This document shows, one piece after another, positions 57,545 through 64,000 of a stretch of DNA of 64,000 nucleotides. The position numbers and the translations under genes were made by a program. The notes beneath the pieces are model-generated. The model was not told the DNA's origin and did not search any database. It was given only the letters and a program-made list of their open reading frames with translations. Source of the DNA: Candidatus Aenigmatarchaeota archaeon (GTDB lineage: Archaea > Aenigmatarchaeota > Aenigmatarchaeia > GW2011-AR5); the NCBI GenBank assembly GCA_016198685.1, contig JACQID010000004.1, positions 37,160-101,159 on the forward strand, written 5' to 3'. Every line of letters begins with the position of its first letter. The first letter of the stretch is position 1.

Positions 57545-58627
57545 ATGTCATTAAACCATCATGAATATGGAATCGGTGCCCGTCATTATGGACCTCCGTT
57601 ATTGATACCAGATACGTCAGCTTTGGTAAAAGCAGGCCAGAATGACATGGGCGTGTATTCGTCCCTGGCTGAAATGAGGAAGGAATTATCTGGGATGGGC
57701 ATGATGCCAAATTCTAGGATTGCGGATACTGTATTTTTACGGAGAGTTTCTGAGGAATATCATAGGTTGCATGAGAAAGGAGCGAGGAATGAGTACGGAA
57801 TCCCTAAGGCATGTTATGCGATGCTGGAACAGGGAGACATCACAGAATTTCCGGAGAGCCTGAAACCGGCTCTTGCACAGACAAGAAAGCTCTGGAAGTC
57901 GACTTCCAGGAAAGCATGGCAAGGGAACGGCCCTGGGAAAACAGACGAGGATATAATCACGTTGGCTCTCTACCATGCAAGAAACGGATCTATTTGCTAC
58001 GTCATGACATACGATGACGATATACGCGCGCCGCTGGCGCAGGCGATGAAGGAGTATACGAATTTGCGTCTCTGCAGACAATCTCTTCATCCGGCAGGCG
58101 CCATAGTCATGGAAATGGAAGAACGCGGAGAAGCGTTATTGTTTCCTCCAGAGATATTGGGTGCCATATATGGAATGGCTACGCCGAGAGCGCCTGAATA
58201 TTATCTTCTCGCCGCAAAAGTTCCTTTGGCGGGTAAACTGGAAGAGGCGGCACTTTCCATACATCCCATACAGGATTGCATCAGGAAGGAAGAAAGCGGG
58301 GTTTCACGTTACCGGATTTTCCCGGTCGATTTAGACGAAATAAGGGGCAAGGCAAATGCGGAGAGAATAAAGAAGGACTATGCGAAGCAGTCAACGGAGC
58401 GGCTTTCCGGCCCAATGATTCTTAAGATAACGAAAACGCGTAAATACGGCGTGATGGAGATGCGAGTAGATAGAATTGACAATAAAATCCGCGGAGGCCG
58501 TGTGGTGACAAGCTATACCACCGATATCCCGAGGCCATGGATACATGTAGAAAACAGATACCTAAAAGAATTCTCGCCGGAAACCCTCGAAGCAATAAAA
58601 GAAGCGAAAAGCCGCCATCCAAAATAG
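57545..58627 (+). CDS. PIN-like N-terminal domain fused to an uncharacterised ~190-aa C-terminal domain
   Basis: LLIPDTSAL, DEDIITLA and MTYDDDIRA give the three acidic PIN positions; the C-terminal half has no recognisable motifs. Confidence 0.4.
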   Translation: MSLNHHEYGIGARHYGPPLLIPDTSALVKAGQNDMGVYSSLAEMRKELSGMGMMPNSRIADTVFLRRVSEEYHRLHEKGARNEYGIPKACYAMLEQGDITEFPESLKPALAQTRKLWKSTSRKAWQGNGPGKTDEDIITLALYHARNGSICYVMTYDDDIRAPLAQAMKEYTNLRLCRQSLHPAGAIVMEMEERGEALLFPPEILGAIYGMATPRAPEYYLLAAKVPLAGKLEEAALSIHPIQDCIRKEESGVSRYRIFPVDLDEIRGKANAERIKKDYAKQSTERLSGPMILKITKTRKYGVMEMRVDRIDNKIRGGRVVTSYTTDIPRPWIHVENRYLKEFSPETLEAIKEAKSRHPK

Positions 58628-58749
58628 ATGCTTCGTAAAACATACAGATTTTCCGTATAAAAACTTATCGAGTCAAGAATTATGTATAAATATTACAACA
58701 AAGCCCTATTGCTACAATGTACTGATGGGCTTTTGATTACGGTGTAAAA

Positions 58750-59430
58750 ATGGTTACAGTGGATAAAGCCGTCATAGCACGGCTGGATAAAGGGGGCAAG
58801 CATTTTGAGGTGCTTGTGGACCCGGAACTTGCCTACGCCTTGAAGGAGGGCAAGTCTGTTTCTATTCAGGCGATGTTAGCGGTCAACCAAGTTTTTAGTG
58901 ACGCATCTAAGGGAACGAAATCATCTGAAGATGACATGAAGCTCTTCAAGAGCGATGTTTTCTCTGCGGCAGAAGAAATAATCAAGAAGGGCGATGTACA
59001 GCTCACCGCAGAATTCCGAAGGAAGAAAGCAGAAGATAAGAGGCGCCAGATAGCATCTATTATAAGCAAGAACGCGATCAATCCGCAAACCAAGCTGCCG
59101 CATCCGCAGGAGAGGATCGAGAATGCGATGGAAAAAGCAAGGGTCAACATAGACCCGTTTCTTTCTGCAGACCAGCAGATTCCGGCAATACTTGCAGCTC
59201 TTCGGCCGATACTTCCCATAAGCATAGAGCAGGCCGAGATAGAAGTCAAGATATCGGCAAAATATGCCTCGCGTGTATTTGGAGCGCTGAAGAGCCTGGG
59301 CGAAATTTCAGGCCAAACATGGGGTTCTGACGGCTCTCTGGTTGCAAAGATAAAAGTTCCTGCCGGTTTGAAGCAGACGATTTATAGTAAAATTAACGCC
59401 CTCACCGAGGGAAGTGCAATAATAAAGTGA
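58750..59430 (+). CDS. sdo1: SBDS/Sdo1 ribosome maturation protein
   Basis: ARLDKGGKHFEVLVDP FYSH-domain signature; precedes rrp4 as in the archaeal exosome superoperon. Confidence 0.8.
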   Translation: MVTVDKAVIARLDKGGKHFEVLVDPELAYALKEGKSVSIQAMLAVNQVFSDASKGTKSSEDDMKLFKSDVFSAAEEIIKKGDVQLTAEFRRKKAEDKRRQIASIISKNAINPQTKLPHPQERIENAMEKARVNIDPFLSADQQIPAILAALRPILPISIEQAEIEVKISAKYASRVFGALKSLGEISGQTWGSDGSLVAKIKVPAGLKQTIYSKINALTEGSAIIK

Positions 59431-59453
59431 TTCTGAAACGAGGTGTTTTGAAA

Positions 59454-60191
59454 ATGAATGAAGAGGATTTCGGAAGAAAACTCGTAATACCGGGAGATGA
59501 GATAGGCTCCGGCAAAGCAGGCCACAATGCCTATGAAGAGGACGGAAAGGTCCTTTCTAAGGTAGTTGGTCTTGCCGAAAGGCGTAATGGAATGGCGTTT
59601 GTCATACCATTAAGCGGAATATACAGCCCAAAGAGGGGCGATGGAGTCGTTGGCAAGGTACAGGAAGTGTCGTTCTCAAAGTGGATAGTCGACGTAAACT
59701 CGCCTTACGATGCAGTGCTTCCTCTGAATGAGGCCGTCGATGAATTCGTTGATTTCACCAAGACTGATCTCACAAAATATTTCAATTATGGAGACATGGT
59801 CTTTGCTGAAATTTCTTCGGTTTCGAAGACCAAGAATGTCCAGCTTTCTATGCGTGACAGAAAATGCAGAAAGCTGCGTGAAGGCAGGATAATAAAAGTA
59901 GTGCCCGCAAAAGTGCCAAGAATAATAGGCAAGAGCGGAAGCATGGTAGAGATGATAAAAAGCATGACAGGAACGCAGATAGTCGTAGGCCAGAACGGCG
60001 TAGTCTGGATAAAGGGCGAGAACGAAGTCGTGGCCGCAGAAGCGATTCTGACTGTAGAGAAAATGGCCCAGAAACAGGGGCTCACGGATTACATAAAGGA
60101 CATCCTTGAGAAAAAAATGGGCAAGCCTTACGAGGCCCAGCCCAAAAGGAGCGAAGAATTCGCAGAAGAAGAATTCAAGGAAGGTGAATAA
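59454..60191 (+). CDS. rrp4: exosome RNA-binding subunit Rrp4 (S1 + KH)
   Basis: RKLVIPGDEI N-terminus, S1 domain, KH GxxG (IIGKSGSMVE). Start set at MNEEDFG. Confidence 0.8.
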   Translation: MNEEDFGRKLVIPGDEIGSGKAGHNAYEEDGKVLSKVVGLAERRNGMAFVIPLSGIYSPKRGDGVVGKVQEVSFSKWIVDVNSPYDAVLPLNEAVDEFVDFTKTDLTKYFNYGDMVFAEISSVSKTKNVQLSMRDRKCRKLREGRIIKVVPAKVPRIIGKSGSMVEMIKSMTGTQIVVGQNGVVWIKGENEVVAAEAILTVEKMAQKQGLTDYIKDILEKKMGKPYEAQPKRSEEFAEEEFKEGE

Positions 60192-60192
60192 T

Positions 60193-60918
60193 ATGGGCGG
60201 AAATACAACTGACAAGGATTTGATGAAGAACGGCATCCGTCTTGACGGACGGAGAGCTGACGAACTCAGACCTATCGAAGCTAAAGTAGGAGTGCTCAAG
60301 AACGCCGACGGATCTGCAATGTTCAAGATAGGAAATACATGCGCCATAGCAGGCGTTTACGGGCCGCGTGTCGTGCACCCGAAGCATGAAGAAGAGGCCG
60401 AGCGTGCTGTGCTAAGAACAAGATACAACATGGCAGCGTTCGCAACAAAGGAGCGCAGCAGGCCGGGACCCAGCAGGAGGAGCGTGGAGATATCCATGGT
60501 GACAAGGCAGGCGCTTTCGTCTGTTCTCTTCCTTGAAGAGTTTCCCAAGACGGCCATAGACGTTTTTATAGAAGTTACAGAGGCGGACGCATCAACAAGA
60601 TGCGCAGGCATAAATGCAGCGTCCCTGGCTTTGGCTGATGCAGGCATACCCATGAGGGATCTTGTGGCATCCTGTTCTGCAGGAAAAATTCAGGGCCACA
60701 CGGTCCTGGACATAGCAGGCGAAGAAGATACTGCAGGGGAACTTGACCTTCCTGTGGCGTACTATACGAAGAAGAGTCAAATAACTCTGCTTCAGATGGA
60801 TGGCCTTACAAACAAGGAAGAATTCAAGAAAATTGTGGACCTTGCCGTGAAAGGCTGCAAGGAAATCTACAAGAAGCAGCAGGAAGCCCTGCGTGAAAAA
60901 TATTCTGAAGGTGAATAA
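60193..60918 (+). CDS. rrp41: exosome catalytic subunit Rrp41 (RNase PH-like)
   Basis: RLDGRRADELRP motif. Start set at MGGNTTDKDL. Confidence 0.8.
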   Translation: MGGNTTDKDLMKNGIRLDGRRADELRPIEAKVGVLKNADGSAMFKIGNTCAIAGVYGPRVVHPKHEEEAERAVLRTRYNMAAFATKERSRPGPSRRSVEISMVTRQALSSVLFLEEFPKTAIDVFIEVTEADASTRCAGINAASLALADAGIPMRDLVASCSAGKIQGHTVLDIAGEEDTAGELDLPVAYYTKKSQITLLQMDGLTNKEEFKKIVDLAVKGCKEIYKKQQEALREKYSEGE

Positions 60919-60920
60919 AA

Positions 60921-61715
60921 GTGATAGGACTTGATATGGCATTGGTAAGAAGAGTCGTTGCAGGCGGAGAAAGACTGGACCAGAGAAAATTCGATGAAAT
61001 GCGGGAAATCAAAATCGAAACAGGCATAATCTCGTCTGCCGAAGGCTCAGCTCGCGTTACAATAGGAGAGACCGAAGTTATTGCAGGCGTAAAGATGGCT
61101 GTTGGAGAGCCGTTCCCGGATACTGCCGATGAGGGAGTGCTGATAGTATCGGGGGAGTTCATACCATTCGCAGACCCGCTCTTCGAGCCGGGTCCTCCAA
61201 GAGAGGATGCGATAGAGCTTTCCCGTCTTGTTGATAGGGCAATACGCGAATCTAAGGCCGTTGACATGAAGAAGCTTTGCATAACGGCCGGCGAGAAGGT
61301 TTGGATGATAAACATAGACATAGACATCATAAACAACGGGGGCAATATGGTCGACGCATCATCGATCGCAGCGGCTGCAGCGCTTGTTACGGCGCGCTTG
61401 CCCGAAATCGACGAAAAAGGCAAGGTGCTATATGGAAAGCTAACTGGCACGAAACTGCCGTTGAGCGGCATACCTATATCGACGACATTTGTGAAGATAG
61501 GCGAATCAATAATGATAGACCCGTCTCTTCCTGAATATCAGGCGTTGGACGCACGTCTTACTATCGGCACTGTAGACAAGAACGGCATAAAATTGTGCTC
61601 GATGCAGAAGAACGGCGTTGCAGGATTAAGTATTGATGAAGTAGAGCGCATGATATCGGTTGCCGAAGAAAAGGGCGAAGAGGTTAGGCAGCTCGTGCGC
61701 GACGCCGCAAAATAA
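60921..61715 (+). CDS. rrp42: exosome subunit Rrp42 (RNase PH-like, non-catalytic)
   Basis: RNase PH domain 1 and 2 layout; follows rrp41. Confidence 0.8.
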   Translation: MIGLDMALVRRVVAGGERLDQRKFDEMREIKIETGIISSAEGSARVTIGETEVIAGVKMAVGEPFPDTADEGVLIVSGEFIPFADPLFEPGPPREDAIELSRLVDRAIRESKAVDMKKLCITAGEKVWMINIDIDIINNGGNMVDASSIAAAAALVTARLPEIDEKGKVLYGKLTGTKLPLSGIPISTTFVKIGESIMIDPSLPEYQALDARLTIGTVDKNGIKLCSMQKNGVAGLSIDEVERMISVAEEKGEEVRQLVRDAAK

Positions 61716-61761
61716 ATTCTTCTTTTTTATCTTCTTTATTCCTGTAACTTTATGATAAGGA

Positions 61762-62889
61762 TTACTTTCTCTTCTTTTTCATCCAGTCTTCAGCGAGTTT
61801 TATTCTTCTCCCTGCCGCAGGGTGGCTATACATCAGCAGTTCGGCCCATCTCGGAGGCTCATGGTCATGAAGGGCGTTGTCTGCAAGGCGCTTCTCCGTC
61901 GATATCTGCGCAACAGGCTTGCGTATGTGATTGAGCGCAAACAGGTCCGCGTCTGTTTCCATTCTTCTTGAAAAGAAGCTTGAGAACGGCATGAGCACAA
62001 AATTTATGAGCGTGTATGTAAGCATAAACAAAGGCAGTGATGCTATGCTATAGGGGTCGAATCCCAGAACAGGGGCAAATATCTTCAGGATAATATCAGT
62101 TAGATACAGGACAGGGAATATCGCAATTGCTTCAAGCAGAAATCCCTTTAGAATGTCGTGATTGAGGTAATGACCAACCTCATGGCCTATAACGGTATCT
62201 ATTTCATCTTTCGTGAAATTGTTCATGAGGGTGTCAAACAAGACTATTCTTTTGGTATTTCCAAATCCCGTGAACAACGCATTTGCCTTCACAGAACGCT
62301 GGCTTTCATTTGCAATCAGTACACTATTTATTCCCTTCGCCCCTAAATTCCTGCAGATTTTGAGAATCTTATTTTTGTATTTCTTGTCTTTTAGGGGTTG
62401 CAGCTTGTAGAACAGCGGAAGAATGAATATTGGCGATAGATACTCAAGAACCGCAACCATGGCAATATATATCATGCCTGCCCAGAGCCACCAGAGCTCG
62501 TAAGATGACATGAGATAATAAACCCCCGTTATGGCGACAAGCGAAAAGGCATACGATAGGAATGATGATTTGGCATAATCCTTGGCCCAGCCGCCTAGAG
62601 TTTGTGTCGATAGGCTGTGCTTGTGCTCATATACAAACGATGAATAGAATCTCAAAGGCAGATGCACTAAGGATAATATAATCAGAAAAAATATGGTATA
62701 GAGGGGTACGGCCAGCCACCCTTCAGGCATGATTGACGCTAGATAATTGCTCCCTCCGAAATACAGGAAAGCCGTCAAAAAAACGACAGGAACGGCAAAA
62801 CCGTTGATAAGACCGTTCATTATCTTTGTCATTGTATAAATTTTGGCGGTTCTGCGCTTCTTCGGATCGAATGAATATGGGTACTTCAT
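61762..62889 (-). CDS. M48-family zinc metalloprotease (Ste24/HtpX-like)
   Basis: Multi-TM N-terminus and an HEVGHY (HExxH) motif. Confidence 0.65.
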   Translation of the reverse strand: MKYPYSFDPKKRRTAKIYTMTKIMNGLINGFAVPVVFLTAFLYFGGSNYLASIMPEGWLAVPLYTIFFLIILSLVHLPLRFYSSFVYEHKHSLSTQTLGGWAKDYAKSSFLSYAFSLVAITGVYYLMSSYELWWLWAGMIYIAMVAVLEYLSPIFILPLFYKLQPLKDKKYKNKILKICRNLGAKGINSVLIANESQRSVKANALFTGFGNTKRIVLFDTLMNNFTKDEIDTVIGHEVGHYLNHDILKGFLLEAIAIFPVLYLTDIILKIFAPVLGFDPYSIASLPLFMLTYTLINFVLMPFSSFFSRRMETDADLFALNHIRKPVAQISTEKRLADNALHDHEPPRWAELLMYSHPAAGRRIKLAEDWMKKKRK

Positions 62890-62899
62890 GCTCTCTTCC

Positions 62900-63577
62900 T
62901 CAAATATAATTTTCGAAATGTATTCGCTTCCGCTCGAACCCTATTTCTTCGAGAAGTTGCCTTACCTCTGTGACCATTTGCATTAGCCCGCATATATAGG
63001 CCTCTCCGTTTTTTTTGGCGTATTTTTTAACCGTGTCCTGTACATGTCCTTTTTCGCCTTGCCATTCTTCCCGGCTTAAGACAGGAATGAAGCTCAACTT
63101 TATGGAGCCCGAAATTTTATTCATCTCGTCCTCATAAAGTATCTCATTGCGTGTTCTTGCGCCAAAGATTACTGTAACGTGTCCTGCATAATGCCTTTTG
63201 ACCATCTCAGGAAGCATGCTCATGAAAGGCGCTATGCCTGTTCCTGTGGCTATGAACATTATATCCTTGCCGGGTTCGTTGAGTGTAAATATTCCGAATG
63301 GCTGCGATATTTCCAGCTTTTGGCCCGGCCTCATGTTGCAGAGGAAATTGGACATGAAGCCGTTTTCCACACGTTTGATGCATAAGCGCAATTCCGGCTC
63401 ATCCGGATGCGATGCCAGAGAATATGCCCTTTTGACTTTTTCTCCGTCCTTCTCAGCGAATACGTATATCCACTGGCCGGGCTTGAAAGGGATTTTTTCG
63501 TCTGGCACAAGAGAAATTATCTTGACGGTAGGCGAGGCGTTCTTTATTTCACGTACAGTTGCGAAACTTGTTTTCAT
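62900..63577 (-). CDS. FNR-like FAD/NAD(P)-binding oxidoreductase
   Basis: RAYSLAS FAD motif, GTGIAP NAD(P) motif. Start set at MKTSFATV. Confidence 0.55.
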   Translation of the reverse strand: MKTSFATVREIKNASPTVKIISLVPDEKIPFKPGQWIYVFAEKDGEKVKRAYSLASHPDEPELRLCIKRVENGFMSNFLCNMRPGQKLEISQPFGIFTLNEPGKDIMFIATGTGIAPFMSMLPEMVKRHYAGHVTVIFGARTRNEILYEDEMNKISGSIKLSFIPVLSREEWQGEKGHVQDTVKKYAKKNGEAYICGLMQMVTEVRQLLEEIGFERKRIHFENYI

Positions 63578-63942
63578 ATTATCCCCCACATAACTATGCC
63601 GAAGAGCGGCCATTGGCTTATTATCGTCGTTCAGATTATTGTCAAATCCATTACAAATAGTTTTCTCATTGACAACACTACTTTGACTGAGAATTACTAT
63701 GTGTAAAGAACATTATTTATGTTCCGAAATTATTGTTCTCTGCCAAAGTTCAAAAAGAAACCCAAAATGGCTTTACGCACAAATCAACTATTAATAAATG
63801 AAAGAATACCATATGTACTGAAGGACATAGATAATCGGATCTTTAATGATGCCCCTCGCATGTCCAAAGGCGTTATTTGCGCGAAAAATAATGCATTTGA
63901 GTATAAAAAGGTGGTTCTACGGAGATAGATAACGTTAACCAG

Positions 63943-64000
63943 ATGGGTTATGATCAGGCCATAGTCGTCTTCTCGCCAGAAGGCAGAATGTATCAGGTCG
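63943..64000 (+). CDS. psmA: proteasome alpha subunit (5' partial, runs off the window)
   Basis: MGYDQAIVVFSPEGRMYQV matches the conserved proteasome alpha N-terminus. Confidence 0.6.
   Translation, partial: MGYDQAIVVFSPEGRMYQV

Overview
Compact, gene-dense archaeal chromosome segment of roughly 47% GC. The archaeal assignment rests on several features: an archaeal-type GAPDH, archaeal class I GluRS, the Spt4-S24e-S27a-RpoE' cluster, exosome Rrp4/Rrp41/Rrp42 with SBDS and proteasome alpha, Elp3, Taw1/Taw2, aTrm56, intron-bearing tRNA, FolE2-type GTP cyclohydrolase and an H+-pyrophosphatase. Bacterial-type adk, GlpX and a LacD-like aldolase are also present, so lineage is left open; a DPANN or Thermoplasmatota-like reduced genome is plausible.

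Contents from left to right:
- Two tandem KsgA/Dim1-family rRNA adenine methyltransferases.
- A 7-deazaguanine (preQ0) biosynthesis cluster (queC, then folE2-queD-queE) that is split by a tightly packed block of sugar-tailoring enzymes: a GT2 glycosyltransferase, an LmbE/PIG-L deacetylase, a decayed aminotransferase, a NodU/CmcH-type carbamoyltransferase and a SAM methyltransferase. This is the most interesting candidate system in the window.
- Three tRNA genes: Gly-CCC with a 50-nt intron, Pro-GGG and Gln-TTG.
- Transporters (APC, MFS, and a frameshifted EamA).
- adk.
- A glycolytic/gluconeogenic operon (LacD-like aldolase, glpX, pgk, gap, tpiA) with a convergent PfkB kinase.
- purD interrupted by a single in-frame TAG.
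- Many tRNA-modification genes (Trm5/Taw2 paralogs, taw1, trm56, elp3, tsaC/sua5, kae1).
- thrS and gltX.
- Three tandem Yip1-like paralogs sharing a 70-bp identical tract.
- An internally truncated DRG-family GTPase.
- An H+-PPase, PIN-domain proteins, an M48 protease and an FNR-like reductase.

No rRNA genes, CRISPR arrays or recognisable transposases were found. Several genes carry lesions (frameshift, nonsense codon, internal deletions), and there are two perfect direct-repeat pairs (29 bp and 43 bp) in intergenic regions.

ORF-track coordinates include the stop codon. Some ORF-track 'M' starts are actually GTG or TTG (verified at 18900-18902).
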